From: an uncultured Chloroflexia bacterium
GTDB taxonomy: Bacteria > Chloroflexota > Limnocylindria > Limnocylindrales > CSP1-4
Assembly (NCBI GenBank): GCA_963766735.1
Contig: CAVYBU010000021.1
Span: forward strand, 53,565-117,564
Direction of reading: 5' to 3'
DNA length: 64,000 nt
Shown here: in pieces, positions 1 to 10,763 of the stretch
How the letters are laid out: every line of letters starts with the position of its first letter
Numbering within the stretch: the first letter of the stretch is position 1
Translations under genes and position numbers: made by a program
The notes under the pieces: generated by a model
The model's database searches: none
What the model saw: the letters and a program-made list of their open reading frames with translations, nothing else
Told to the model about the DNA's origin: nothing

Positions 1-2
1 TG

Positions 3-233
3 CGGGCGCTCAGCGACGCGACGACGAACGTCGCGATGGGCAGGGCCGGTGCCGACGAGCTCGATCACATCGAGCGGTGGACGGCGCAGACCGGAGGGCG
101 GGGCGCGTGCCATCACCCGGATGGCGCGGTCCAGCTCATGGCCAGCGCGCTGACCGTGTTCGGCGACGAGTTCGGCCACCATGCCCGGACGGGACGATGC
201 TCGACGACGGGGGCGCGGTTCGATGCCTTCTAG
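3..233 (+). CDS. NuoF-like (NADH-quinone oxidoreductase F family) protein, C-terminal Fe-S-binding region, 5' truncated by window edge
   Basis: Frame is open from the window start: ...[35 protein letters not shown]. This resembles the NuoF 4Fe-4S C-terminus, and a ferredoxin follows directly. Confidence 0.7.
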   Translation, partial: RALSDATTNVAMGRAGADELDHIERWTAQTGGRGACHHPDGAVQLMASALTVFGDEFGHHARTGRCSTTGARFDAF

Positions 234-453
234 GAGAGACCACAGGCTGCGGGTGGACTGGATCCTGTGCGACGGCTACGGCCTGTGCGGCGACATGCTG
301 CCGGAGCTGATCGACCTGGACGAGTGGCGGTACCCGATCCTCCGTGCCGGTTCCGTTGACCGGGGGCTGCTCGACGACGCCCGTCGCGCCGTCGACTGCT
401 GCCCGATGAAGGCGCTCATCCTCGAGCCCGTTCCCGCCGACCGGCGGGGGTAG
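223..453 (+). CDS. Ferredoxin (probably 3Fe-4S type)
   Basis: [15 protein letters not shown]...[10 protein letters not shown] carries a CxxYxxC...CP motif. The ATG at 223 overlaps the end of the upstream gene. Confidence 0.85.
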   Translation: MPSRRDHRLRVDWILCDGYGLCGDMLPELIDLDEWRYPILRAGSVDRGLLDDARRAVDCCPMKALILEPVPADRRG

Positions 454-536
454 CGGGCGGCTCCGTTCCCGCCGATCGCAGCATGTCGACCACGCGGGAA
501 TGCCAGCACCGTTGACCCGCTGCCGGACGCGTCGCG

Positions 537-1563
537 TCAGCCGGCCAGGGCCTCGCGGACGGCGGGGGCCACCTTCGTTCCGAACAGCTCGATCGAGCGC
601 ATGACCTGGGCGTGGGGCATGCCCCCGCCGATCACCTGGAGCAGGAAGCGCTCGTGGTGGAAGATCTCGTGCTGGAACAGGATCTTGTCCACGATCTCCT
701 GCGGGCTGCCCACGAAGTTGGCGCCTCGCAGCGCCCGCGATTCGTCGAACGACTCGCGGTCCATGGGTGCGAAACCACGCTCGCGGGCGATCCGGTTCAT
801 GAGCGTGCTGAGCGGCGGGAAGGCCTCGTCGGCCGCCTGCTGCGATGTCGCGGCGACATACCCGTGGGAGGCGATCGCGAGCGCCAGTCCGGCGGCGCCC
901 GCACCCTGCGCGGACTGCCGGTAGAACCGTGCGAGCGGCTCGAACCGTTCGGGGAGCCCGCCGATGATCGCGAGCGCCATCGGGAGACCCAGGGTGGCGG
1001 CTCGAACCGCGGATTCGGGCGTGCCACCAACGGCGACCCAGACCGGCAGCGGGTCCTGCAGCGGGTCGCGGGTAGACGCCCCGATCGTCGATCGCCGCCC
1101 GGTGGCCGCCCGGCCATGTGATCCGCTCGGAAGCCCGCAACCCCAGGAGCAGGTCCAGCTTCTCCTCGAACAGGGTGTCGTAGTCGCGCAGGTCGTGCCC
1201 GAACAGCGGGAAGGACTCGATGAACGAACCGCGGCCCGCCATGATCTCCGCCCGGCCGCCGGACAGGAGGTCGAGCGTCGCGAACTCCTGGAAGACCCGC
1301 ACCGGGTCATCGGAGCTGATGACGCTCACGGCGCTCGTCAGCCGGATCCGCGAGGTCCGTTCCGCCCCCGCCGCCAGGACCACAGCGGGCGCCGAGACGG
1401 CGAAGTCGGGCCGGTGATGCTCACCCACCCCGAAGACGTCGAGGCCCACCTGGTCGGCGAGGACCATCTCCTCGACGAGATCGCGGAGGCGCTGCCCCGG
1501 GCTCGTCCGCCCGGTCGCAGGATCGGGCGTCAGCTCGCCGAACGTGTAGAGGCCGATCTCCAT
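537..1563 (-). CDS. LLM class flavin-dependent oxidoreductase (one frameshift at ~1063)
   Basis: The N-terminus [10 protein letters not shown]...[12 protein letters not shown]...[13 protein letters not shown] is in one frame. The C-terminus [17 protein letters not shown]...[17 protein letters not shown] is in another. Removing one C from a CCC run joins them. Confidence 0.88.
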
Positions 1564-1589
1564 CGGGGGGAGTATGCCCGCTGACTGGC

Positions 1590-2304
1590 TCACCGGCGCC
1601 AGCCCCGCGGCTCGTCATGCGACACGGTCCCCTGCCGCCAGCCGCGGAGCCTCAGCGCCGCGTCGATCTCGGTGCGGTAGGGCGCGCCCTCGGGTCGAAG
1701 GTCGAGCCAGTCGAGGTAGCCGGGGTCGTGGCGGGCAATCTCGCCGATCGACCAGGCGATGAACCGGCCGAAGGGAAGAACGGTTCCCGAGGGCGGCCCC
1801 GGCGGCTGCCCGGCGGCGCCGGTGCCGTCGGGCGCGTTGCGCCACTCGATGACCCGGCCATCGGCCCCCCGCCGCTGCACGGGCGGGCGTCCGGACGCGA
1901 AGCCCGGGCGGGCTCCCGAGCGCGGCGCAGCACCGGCGCCCGGGCGACCTGGGGCGGCGTCGGGACCGGCACCACCCGTTGCTGCCGCGCCGCCGGCATC
2001 GCTCTGCCTCTGCCGTGCCGGACTCGCTCGGCGCGCTCCAGGTCGCCGGGGGGTGGACGTCCTGCGCCGTGGACTGCGGGTGGGGCGTGATGCCGTGCTC
2101 CCGGTCATACCCGGCGCGCCGATCCGGGTTGCCCAGGATCTCCCACGCCCAGTTGACGATGACCATCTGCGGCGACGACGCGCCATCGACGGTCGCATCC
2201 GGGTGGTAGCGCCGGGCAAGGGCACGGTAGGCCGCGCGGATCACGTCCTCGCCGGCATCCGAGCGGATCTGGAGGATCTCGTAGGGATCGGGCTCGTTGC
2301 TCAC
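1590..2304 (-). CDS. J-domain (DnaJ-like) protein with C-terminal FGRF...DPGYLDWL domain (frameshift in the low-complexity linker)
   Basis: DPYEILQI...[13 protein letters not shown]...[17 protein letters not shown] is an HPD J-domain. The conserved-looking C-terminus [32 protein letters not shown] lies in the adjacent frame, which ends at 1590. Confidence 0.78.
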
Positions 2305-2693
2305 CGGGCGCCAGGCGGGCCAGCCGCGATCTCACCGGCTCCGCCGGCCGTGCTCTCACCGACTCCAGGATTCTCGCGCTCGCAGGTCGTGCCTGCCGTC
2401 GGGACGACCGTTGGCATCGGCGATCTCTCCATGCCTGACCCTAGCCGATGAACCCGCCAGGGCGCAACCGGATCCCCCTGTCCTGACGCGCCTGAGGTCG
2501 AGATCCGGGCCGCGACCCCTTCGCTGGCCGTTGTGGCCGAGGCCCCCCCGCGCTCGTCCCGGCGTATTGACTCGGGATGCCAGAGTTGGGGACGACCCGA
2601 ATACCTGCCGATGATCTGCATCGCGCGAACCACGATCGCCCGATGCCGGCGTCGCGTCGTGGTGAGGACCTTGGCTCGCAGGGAGGACCTGAT

Positions 2694-4220
2694 ATGGGGC
2701 AGGCCGCGCACGCCCGGCAGGACGAGGGGCATGACGGATCGCCGTCTCGTGCGCCCCTCGCATGGCGGCCGGTCCTCGCCATCGCGGCTGCCGTCGTCGG
2801 CGTCCTCCTGGTCGTAGCCGGGCGGTACGGGTTCCACCGCGACGAGCTGTACTTCCTTGTCGCCAGCCGACACCTGGACTTCGGCTACGTGGATCAGCCG
2901 CCCCTCACCCCGTTGCTCACCGGGCTGCAGGCTGCGCTGCTGGGCGCTGCGCCGGCTGCGATCCGTGTCATGCCGGCATTCGCTATCGGTGCCGTCGTGG
3001 TGCTCGCCGCAGACATGGCGCGCTCCTTCGCGGGAGGCCGGCTGGCCCAGGTTCTCGCGGCCGCGGCAGTCGCGACGGGCGGCGGGATCCTCGCCGTCGG
3101 CCACCTCCAGTCAACGGCCACCTACGACCTTCTGGCCTGGACGATCATCACGGCGCTGGTCATCCGGCTGCTGCGCGGCGCCGATCCGCGGTGGTGGCTC
3201 GCGGTGGGCGCCATTGCCGGTATCGGGCTGCAGAACAAGCACCTCGTGGCGGTGCTGCTGGCCGCGCTGGTCATGGCGTTGCTCGCGACCCGGCGGTGGG
3301 ACGTCTTCCGGTCGCCGTGGCCGTGGCTGGCCGCCCTGCTCGCCCTCGCGATGTGGGCACCCAACCTCGCGTGGCAGGCGACGCACGGCTGGCCGCAGCT
3401 CGAGATGGCGGGCCGGATCGCCGACCGCTCGGGAACCGAGAACCGCGTCCTGGCGATCCCGCTCCAGTTCATCATCGCGGGCGTGTTCACCGCTCCGGTG
3501 CTCGTCGCCGGCGTCTGGTGGCTGCTCCGCAACGACGCCGCCCGGCCCTTCCGTGCGATCGCGGTTGCCTACATCGTCGTGCTTGCCTTCCTGATGCTCT
3601 CCGGCGGCAAGGGGTACTACGCGGCCGGTCTCATCCCGGCGATCCTCGCGGCGGGCGCGCTACCGCTCGCGGTCTGGGTGCAGCGTGGGCGCTGGCGGCC
3701 CATCGCCCTCGCCGGCGCGCTTCTGGGGAACGTCGTTGTCGTCGGGCTCGTCTCGCTGCCGCTGCTCCCGCCCGCCGTGCTTGCTTCGACGCCCATCCCG
3801 GGCATCTACAAGGAGAACGCGGAGCAGGTTGGCTGGCCCGAGCTCGCGGACACCGTCGGCCGCGTCATGGAGGGGATCCCCGACGGGGAGCGCGCCAACA
3901 CCGTCGTGTTCACCGGGAACTACGGTGAGGCAGGCGCCATCAGCGCCTTTGGCCCGGAGCGCGGCCTGCCGCCCGTCTACTCGGGTCACAACTCGTTCGC
4001 CGACTGGGGAGTGCCGCCCGAGTCAGCCCGGACCGTGATCGTCCTTGGGTATGCCCGGGAGACGGACCTGCTGCGCTACTTCGAGCGCGTCGAGCAGGTC
4101 GATGTCGTCCGCAACGGGTACGGCCTCGAGAACGACGAGGAGGGCCTGCCAGTGTTCGTCGCCCGCGATCCCAGGCGTCCGTGGGTCGAGCTCTGGACGG
4201 AGCTGCGCCACCTGGATTGA
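2694..4220 (+). CDS. Glycosyltransferase family 39 (ArnT/PMT-like) membrane protein
   Basis: Motifs YGFHRDELYF, GYVDQPPLTP, GLQNKH and NYGEAGA, with many TM helices. A GGAGG RBS precedes the ATG at 2694. Confidence 0.88.
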   Translation: MGQAAHARQDEGHDGSPSRAPLAWRPVLAIAAAVVGVLLVVAGRYGFHRDELYFLVASRHLDFGYVDQPPLTPLLTGLQAALLGAAPAAIRVMPAFAIGAVVVLAADMARSFAGGRLAQVLAAAAVATGGGILAVGHLQSTATYDLLAWTIITALVIRLLRGADPRWWLAVGAIAGIGLQNKHLVAVLLAALVMALLATRRWDVFRSPWPWLAALLALAMWAPNLAWQATHGWPQLEMAGRIADRSGTENRVLAIPLQFIIAGVFTAPVLVAGVWWLLRNDAARPFRAIAVAYIVVLAFLMLSGGKGYYAAGLIPAILAAGALPLAVWVQRGRWRPIALAGALLGNVVVVGLVSLPLLPPAVLASTPIPGIYKENAEQVGWPELADTVGRVMEGIPDGERANTVVFTGNYGEAGAISAFGPERGLPPVYSGHNSFADWGVPPESARTVIVLGYARETDLLRYFERVEQVDVVRNGYGLENDEEGLPVFVARDPRRPWVELWTELRHLD

Positions 4221-4265
4221 CCTCCCCAGGGTTGGCCCGCGGGGCGCGCTCGTCCTGGCCGGCCT

Positions 4266-5057
4266 CTAGAGCTCGGTGCGCTCGAACCGCCAGAACGCGA
4301 CGATCGTGAAGATGATGCAGGCCGTGGCCGTGAAGACGATCGCCCCGTACCCCTGGATCGGCTGGCCGCCGATGATGGCGCCGATCACGCTCGTATCGGA
4401 CCCGGCGATGGGCACCAGCAGGGCCCACGGCAGGTACTCGATGATGGGAACGCCGCCGAGGAGCTGCTGGCCGAACGCGAAGGCCAGGGGGATCGCGATC
4501 ACAGGCCCGGCGCTGTCGAACAGGGTTCCGAGCATGAGTGACAGCGTGAGGTAGAAGAGCAGGTTCAGCCCCGCCACAGCGGCGCCCACCGCGAACGGCC
4601 CCAGATCCACGTCGATGCCGGCGATCGCCAGCTGCACGAGCAGGACGGCGCTTGGGATCAGGATCATCGTCGCCAGCACGCCGACCGAGTTGGGCACGAG
4701 CTTGGACAGCACGAACGCCTTCCTCGATGCCGGCTTGGACAGCACCCAGGCTGCGGTACCGCTCCGCTTCTCGCCGACGACCACCTCCTGCATGATGATC
4801 GTCACGGCGATCGCCGCGAACATGGTCATCACGCCGAAGATGGTGAAGATCGCCTGGCGATCAGGTGCGTCACCCCAGATCAGCGCCGCAAGGGACCCGT
4901 TCACGACCGCGATCCAGATCAGCGACTGGATCCACCAGGACTTCGTCTTCCACCATGAGCCGAAGCCTGCGGCCATGAGACTCGGGAGGCCGCTGCGCCA
5001 TCCCGTCTGCGTGACGCGGTCCAGCCCCGCCAGGCCCGACACGCTGGAGCTACCCAT
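4266..5057 (-). CDS. ABC-2 type transporter permease
   Basis: GEKRSGTAAWVLSKPASRKAFVLSK motif and about 6 TM segments. It overlaps the ATPase stop. Confidence 0.88.
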   Translation of the reverse strand: MGSSSVSGLAGLDRVTQTGWRSGLPSLMAAGFGSWWKTKSWWIQSLIWIAVVNGSLAALIWGDAPDRQAIFTIFGVMTMFAAIAVTIIMQEVVVGEKRSGTAAWVLSKPASRKAFVLSKLVPNSVGVLATMILIPSAVLLVQLAIAGIDVDLGPFAVGAAVAGLNLLFYLTLSLMLGTLFDSAGPVIAIPLAFAFGQQLLGGVPIIEYLPWALLVPIAGSDTSVIGAIIGGQPIQGYGAIVFTATACIIFTIVAFWRFERTEL

Positions 5058-6012
5058 CGTCGCGTTTCCCTTCGACCAGGCTGACGAAGACATCCTCGAG
5101 ACTGGCCGTCTGCCGCCTGAACCCCTTCACGACGAGTGAGTCGTCGGCCAGGAGCACACGTTGCATCCGGGACTCCGCCGCCTGCGCATCCGACACGACC
5201 ACGTGCAAGGTCGCCGATCCGTCGACGTCGGAGACCGTCACCGTCTCCACCCAGGGCTCGGCCATCAGCGCCAGTCGCGCCCTCTCGACGTTACCGACCA
5301 CGTCCACCAGGAACGCGGTTCCGGATCCGGTCGCGAGGATCTCCGAAATGGGGCCCTGCGCCGCGATCCCGCCCTTGTTGAGGATGCACACGGTGTCGCT
5401 GACGCGCTGGACGTCGTCCAGGAGATGCGTCGAGTAGAACACCGTCGATGTGGCCCGGAAGCCCTCCAGGATCGCCAGCACGTCACGCCTCCCGAGCGGG
5501 TCGAGCGATGCAGCCGGCTCGTCCAGGATGAGCAGCTCGGGCTCGTGGATCTGCGCCTGCGCGATCCCGAGCCGCTGCCGCTCCCCGCCGGAGAAGCCCT
5601 TGATCGCGCGGTCGGCTGCGTCGGTCAACCCGACGAGATCAAGCATCGACGCGATCCGGTCCTCGATCGCGGCCTTGGGCCCGGTGAAGAAGAAGCTCGC
5701 GGCGAACCGCAGCGTCTCCCGCGCGGTCATGTGCTCGTAGAACCGGGGGTCCTGGGGCAGGTATCCGACCCGGGCGCGGATCTCGGGACTGTTTCGGTGG
5801 ATGTCGAGGCCGAAGATGGCGCCGGTGCCCGCGGTGGGTCGGATGAGCCCCAGCAGCATCTTCATCGTCGTGGTCTTGCCGGCACCGTTGGGGCCGAGGA
5901 AGCCGAAGATCGAGTGGCGCGGGACGCTCAGGTCCAGGGATCGGACGACGTCGAGGCCGTCATATGACTTGGTCAGCCCGGCTGTCTGGACAACCGCCTC
6001 CTCCGCCGCCAT
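5050..6012 (-). CDS. ABC transporter ATP-binding protein
   Basis: Walker A GPNGAGKTT, signature FSGGERQR, Walker B LILDEP and H-loop STH. Confidence 0.95.
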   Translation of the reverse strand: MAAEEAVVQTAGLTKSYDGLDVVRSLDLSVPRHSIFGFLGPNGAGKTTTMKMLLGLIRPTAGTGAIFGLDIHRNSPEIRARVGYLPQDPRFYEHMTARETLRFAASFFFTGPKAAIEDRIASMLDLVGLTDAADRAIKGFSGGERQRLGIAQAQIHEPELLILDEPAASLDPLGRRDVLAILEGFRATSTVFYSTHLLDDVQRVSDTVCILNKGGIAAQGPISEILATGSGTAFLVDVVGNVERARLALMAEPWVETVTVSDVDGSATLHVVVSDAQAAESRMQRVLLADDSLVVKGFRRQTASLEDVFVSLVEGKRDDG

Positions 6013-6129
6013 GCGAGCCCTCCCGTCCGCGCCAGTGCCGACTCCCTCTCGCGAAGGGTAACGCAGGCCCGGATCGCGATTGCGCCCAGGACGTGGCCGG
6101 CGGACCGCCCGGACCGCCAGGGGGCTGCC

Positions 6130-6444
6130 TCAGTCTCGGCGGAACGTCCGCAGGATCCCCGAGATGGCGACGAGCGTCCACCCGATCAGGCCGACCGCCA
6201 CGACCGCGGCCGCGAGCGTTGGCAGGTCGGCGTTCCAGGCCCAGAGCGCGACCGCGATCGGGAGCGCCAGGATCCAGATGACCACCGCCGCCAGCGGCTC
6301 CAGGCCCGTCAGCCACGTCCAGGTGTCGGCGAACAGCGCACCGCCGGTCGCGAGGCCCACCGCAAGGCCGATCCACAGCAGGGCGAAGACCACCCCGGCG
6401 TACGACGCCAGGAAGACCTCGAGGGCGCGAGTTCGGGAGCGCAC
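6130..6444 (-). CDS. Small hypothetical membrane protein (3 TM)
   Basis: Hydrophobic 104-aa ORF packed within a minus-strand gene run. Confidence 0.65.
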   Translation of the reverse strand: MRSRTRALEVFLASYAGVVFALLWIGLAVGLATGGALFADTWTWLTGLEPLAAVVIWILALPIAVALWAWNADLPTLAAAVVAVGLIGWTLVAISGILRTFRRD

Positions 6445-6446
6445 GG

Positions 6447-6971
6447 TCAGCTCCTCGACTCGACCGGAACGAGGCGGACGAGCGGAATCGAGCGAGTGGT
6501 CGCGCGCCGGTATCGCTCATAGCTCGGATCGCGGGCGAGGACCCGGGGCCAGAACGCGGCCGCCTCGTCGGGCGGCAGCTCCTCCGCACGCACGGCGATC
6601 GTCCGGCCCATCACCTCGGCCCGCGCGGCCGGCTCCGACCCAAGGTTGTAGTACCAGCCAGGATGCGACGCACCGCCGTCGTTGGCGGCCGCAAGGACCA
6701 TAGCCTCGCCATCGCGGAAGAACTGGAGCACGACCGTCCGCTCCCGGCGGGACCGCCGGCCGCGTGTCGTGAGCAGCAGGGCATCCACCTTCCACGGTCG
6801 CGTGATCCCGCCCCTGGTTCTCCGATACACCCAGACGCCGAGAGGGCTCAGGTACCGGTCGAGCCCCCGGTGGACCGCCAGGGCGATGCGCTCCTTGCCG
6901 GAGATCCCCCGGGCAGCTGGTGCCACAGCTCCGGGTTCGTCCGCGCCGGTGTGCGTCCCTTCGTCGCTCAT
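6447..6971 (-). CDS. Deazaflavin (F420)-dependent nitroreductase family oxidoreductase (Ddn-like)
   Basis: LLLTTRGRRSRRERTVVL, AANDGGASHPGWYYNL and YERYRRATTRSIPLVRL. Confidence 0.88.
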   Translation of the reverse strand: MSDEGTHTGADEPGAVAPAARGISGKERIALAVHRGLDRYLSPLGVWVYRRTRGGITRPWKVDALLLTTRGRRSRRERTVVLQFFRDGEAMVLAAANDGGASHPGWYYNLGSEPAARAEVMGRTIAVRAEELPPDEAAAFWPRVLARDPSYERYRRATTRSIPLVRLVPVESRS

Positions 6972-7516
6972 GGAGCTTCAACCGCCGTGCCGTCCAGCTC
7001 CCGTGCGATCTCGTCGGCCCAGGCATCGATGGCTTCCCAGTCCCGGAAGTCGCCTGCAGGCAGCGCCATCTTCGCTGCCGGCATCAGGGTGACAATGCGC
7101 TCCGCGAAGCCGATCGGCTTGGCCGCGGGATCCCAGGCGCCGAAGAACACCTTCTCTCCGCGCGGGTGGATCGCGTCGTGCAGGTCCGGGAACTCCTTGG
7201 GTACGGAGACCTCGAGGAGGTCGCGGCCTTCCTTGTCCACCGTGTCCGTCCCGACGGGGCCGCTGCTGAACAGCCAGGTCGGGCGCCCGGCGAGCAGGGC
7301 CCGATTCCTCTGGACGAACTTCGTGGCGTCCTTGAGCCAGTGGAACATGTATGCAGCGCCGCCCACCACGAACGCGTCGTAGCGCGACGGGTCGCGGACC
7401 TCGGACGCCGGGCGCAGGTCCGCGTCCAGGCCGTCGGCCCGCAGCCGCTCCGCGATCCGTTCGGCGATCCCCCGGGTTGCCCCATGACGGCTGGCGTACG
7501 CGACAAGGACGGACAT
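6968..7516 (-). CDS. Flavodoxin-domain protein (HemG/Flavodoxin_5-like)
   Basis: MSVLVAYASRHGATRGIAERIA, WLFSSGP and GDFRDWEAIDAWA. Confidence 0.88.
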   Translation of the reverse strand: MSVLVAYASRHGATRGIAERIAERLRADGLDADLRPASEVRDPSRYDAFVVGGAAYMFHWLKDATKFVQRNRALLAGRPTWLFSSGPVGTDTVDKEGRDLLEVSVPKEFPDLHDAIHPRGEKVFFGAWDPAAKPIGFAERIVTLMPAAKMALPAGDFRDWEAIDAWADEIARELDGTAVEAP

Positions 7517-7647
7517 CGATGGGCCTCCACGCTGCGCAGGGCGATCGAGTGCAAGGATGCCTGCTCCCTGTCCACCCCCCAAGGGCCGGAAGGGCACTGA
7601 GGAGGGGCCGGGCTGAGCTGAACCATCCGGCACCGGTGCGGACACGG

Positions 7648-7676
7648 GAGCGCTCCCGGCGGGGCCGGGAGCGCTC
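7648..7676. terminator. 13-bp perfect GC-rich hairpin, putative terminator
   Basis: GAGCGCTCCCGGC-ggg-GCCGGGAGCGCTC lies 30 bp downstream of the inferred stop at 7707. Confidence 0.5.
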
Positions 7677-7706
7677 GGGCAGGAACGGGCATGCGCGATG
7701 AGCCGC

Positions 7707-8652
7707 TCAGGCCGCGCTGGGTGCCGGGAGCGGCGCGCCCCGCCTGGCCCACCGGGGACGGCTCGTGCCGGAACATCCGCCACGCCGCCAGGAGCACGGC
7801 CCCGAAGCCGAACAGGGTGGCGATCGCGGACACGAACGGGAGGATCCCGGCGACGGCGAGGACGATGACGCCCAGCACCGCGGCCAGGTAGGGACGGCCC
7901 GGCTCGGCGGCGCCGCGCATCCGGGTGACCATCCAGTCGCCGATCCAGATCGCGGCCACGATCCAGGCGAGGAATGCGACGGCCGGCAGCACGATGAAGA
8001 ACATGCCCAGGCCGATCGGCGCGCCGACGACCGTGATGATCGAGAGGACCGCCAGCAGCGGCAGGACGATCGACCCGAGGATGCCGGCGATGAGGACGGG
8101 GCCGGGCTCACGGCGGATGAGCGCCCCGGTCTCGCGGACCTGTCGCGCGCCCAGGGCGGCAACCAGCAGCGCCGCCGCGATCGTCGCAATCCCCATGCCG
8201 ATGAACAGCAGGATGAAGAGGGGGATCAGCAGCGCGGCGAACGCCCCGGCAAACGCCACGAAGTCACCGTCCATGGCCCGCACGGACCCCGCGACCGTAG
8301 CGCCGGACTGCTGCGACACCGACCCGTCGAGGGTGCGGACGTCACCCAGCACGGTGGTCCCGGCCTGCAGATCGGCAGTGCCATTCACCACCACCAGGGT
8401 CCCGGTCGTGGCGCCGGCGAGCGTCGCGGTACCCCGGACCACGACGATCGTTTCGACGTCGCCGCTGATCCGGGCGTCCCCGCCGACGACGACGAGGGTG
8501 TCAAGGTGGTCGCCGGCCGGGATGTCGACGCTGCGGTTGACCGCAACGAGGACGCTGTCCGTGTTGCGGAGTGGTTCGGCGGCGAGGGCGACGGGAGCGC
8601 CGAGGCCGAGGAGGAACGCGGCCGTGGCCACGATGAGGATCAGGCGTTGCAT
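7707..8652 (-). CDS. Membrane protein: signal peptide, bactofilin-like beta-helix repeats and multi-TM C-terminus (frameshift at ~7740)
   Basis: MQRLILIVATAAFLLGLGAPVALA signal, V/G-rich repeats (VVVGGDARISGDV, VVVRGTATL) and 4-5 TM helices. Removing one G gives the ending ...PLPAPSAA* at 7707. Confidence 0.72.
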
Positions 8653-8874
8653 CGGAGTCCCCTTTGTCCCTGTGTCGCGTATCGACTGGTTCGTCCGCGC
8701 CGTCGAGGGCCTTTGGTGGCCGATTGGGCGGAGCGCGGCGACATGCATGACGCTACCGGCCGGGCACCCCGCGTCCAAGCCGGGCACCCGGCGTCTTGGG
8801 GGTGGGGGAATCCCCAGTGCCTCCCCGGCGGTACCGGACACCCTCCCCGGTGATCACCCGTAGACTGCGCCGTC

Positions 8875-9155
8875 ATGGACGACCGCCAAGACGCCGCCGC
8901 AATCGACTCCCTGGGCCACGCCATCCGCACGGTCCTGCCCTCCCTGGAGCGATTCCTCGAATTCGAGGGGCAGGATCCCGCCAGGCAGCGGGCGCGCTGG
9001 CGCCCCGCCCTGGACCGCCCGCTGCCCACCACAGGCATCGGACGCGACGCGACGCTGGCGGAGCTCGCGGACCTGGTGATCGCGCGCTGAGCGACGCCGA
9101 CGCACTGGTCGACGAGGTGCTCACGATGGGCCGGGAGCTGACGGCAGGCGCCTGA
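8875..9155 (+). pseudogene. Internally deleted group II PLP-dependent decarboxylase remnant
   Basis: The N-terminal LDRPLPTTGIGRDATLAELADLVI joins, out of frame, a C-terminal-like LSDADALVDEVLTMGRELT*. The catalytic core is absent. Confidence 0.55.
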
Positions 9156-9318
9156 CCTCGCCGCCACCCGACTCCCGCCTTCCGGCATCCGGCCCGCCGC
9201 CCGTTCCCACGCACCGCGGTTCTGTATCGTTCATCCTGAACCGGCTGCGCCCAGGCAGCACCTGACTCCGTGATCACGGCCCGGCAGCTCGCGCACCCCG
9301 GGCCGGAAGGAGACCTTC

Positions 9319-10722
9319 ATGCCGCAGGCACAACGAGTCGTCGACATCCTCGCGGGCTCACCCGCCGTCGGTGAGCGCGCGACCGTCCAGGGCTGGATCC
9401 GGACGCGGCGCGATTCGAAGGCCGGCCTCTCGTTCCTCGCGGTCCACGACGGGTCCTGCTTCGACGCCCTCCAGGTCGTGGCGCCGGCGACGATCGGCAA
9501 CTACAACGACGAGATCCTGCACCTGACAGCCGGCTGTGCCGTCACCGTCACGGGCACGGTCGCCGCCTCCCAGGGCAAGGGCCAGTCCGTCGAGATCCTG
9601 GCCGACTCGGTCACCGTTGTCGGGTGGGTGGACGACCCGGAGACCTACCCGATCTCGCCCAAGCATCACAGCTTCGAGTACCTCCGTGAGGTCGGTCACC
9701 TGCGGGCACGGACCAACACGTTCGGCGCGGTCGCCCGGGTCCGGCATGCGCTGGCCATGGCGATCCACCGCTACTTCGACGAGCACGGCTTCTACTGGAT
9801 CCACACCCCGATCATCACGGCCAGCGATGCCGAGGGCGCCGGCGAGCTGTTCCGCGTCTCGACGCTGGACCTTGCCAATCTCCCGCGCACTCCCGAGGGC
9901 GGGATCGACTACTCGCAGGACTTCTTCGGCAAGCCCGCCTTCCTCACCGTCTCGGGCCAGCTCAACATCGAGTCGTACTGCCTGGCGCTCACGAACGTCT
10001 ACACCTTCGGACCCACCTTCCGGGCCGAGAACTCGAACACCAGCCGCCATCTCTCCGAGTTCTGGATGGTGGAACCGGAGATCGCGTTCGCGGACATCTC
10101 GGACAACGCCGACCTGGCCGAGAACCTGCTCCGGTACAGCTTCCGCGCGATCCTGGACGAGTGCGCCGACGACATGGCGTTCTTCGCGGACCGGATCGAC
10201 AAGGAGGCGGTCACCCGGCTGGAGGGCCTGGTCAACTCGGACTTCGTGCGCATGGAGTACACGGAGGCGATCAGCGTCCTGGAGCGTGCCGGCCGCTCGT
10301 GGGAGTTCCCGGTGGAGTGGGGCGTCGCCCTGCAGGCCGAGCACGAGCGCTACCTGTGCGAGGAGTACGCGAAGCGGCCGGTGGTGGTCATCAACTACCC
10401 CAAGGAGATCAAGGCGTTCTACATGCGCCTCAACGATGACGAGCGCACCGTCGCGGCGATGGACGTGCTGGCCCCCGGGATCGGCGAGATCGTCGGCGGC
10501 AGCCAGCGCGAGGAGCGGCTCGACGTGCTCGATGCCCGGATCATCGAGACGGGCCTCGATCCCGCGTCGTACTGGTGGTACCGCGACCTGCGCCGGTACG
10601 GCACCGTGCCCCACGCCGGCTTTGGGCTGGGGTTCGACCGCTCCGTCGCCTACGCCACGGGGATGGCCAACATCAGGGACGTCATCCCGTTCCCGCGCAC
10701 GCCGGGCAGCGCGGACTTCTAG
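9319..10722 (+). CDS. asnS: Asparagine--tRNA ligase
   Basis: [58 protein letters not shown] and [13 protein letters not shown]. Confidence 0.97.
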   Translation: MPQAQRVVDILAGSPAVGERATVQGWIRTRRDSKAGLSFLAVHDGSCFDALQVVAPATIGNYNDEILHLTAGCAVTVTGTVAASQGKGQSVEILADSVTVVGWVDDPETYPISPKHHSFEYLREVGHLRARTNTFGAVARVRHALAMAIHRYFDEHGFYWIHTPIITASDAEGAGELFRVSTLDLANLPRTPEGGIDYSQDFFGKPAFLTVSGQLNIESYCLALTNVYTFGPTFRAENSNTSRHLSEFWMVEPEIAFADISDNADLAENLLRYSFRAILDECADDMAFFADRIDKEAVTRLEGLVNSDFVRMEYTEAISVLERAGRSWEFPVEWGVALQAEHERYLCEEYAKRPVVVINYPKEIKAFYMRLNDDERTVAAMDVLAPGIGEIVGGSQREERLDVLDARIIETGLDPASYWWYRDLRRYGTVPHAGFGLGFDRSVAYATGMANIRDVIPFPRTPGSADF

Positions 10723-10763
10723 GCGATCCGCGGGGCCGGCGCGAGCAGCGAGGACGCGGAGCG

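Noticed and set aside
2305-2693. Small ORFs and repeated CTCACCG words between the J-domain gene and the GT39 gene
   Set aside because: No convincing RBS, motif or regular spacing.
7084-7706. Long C-terminal extension of the bactofilin-like ORF
   Set aside because: It overlaps the flavodoxin gene and results from the frameshift at ~7740.
9156-9318. Possible T-box leader upstream of asnS
   Set aside because: There is no GGTGGNACCGCG T-box motif or terminator/antiterminator, and the region is short.
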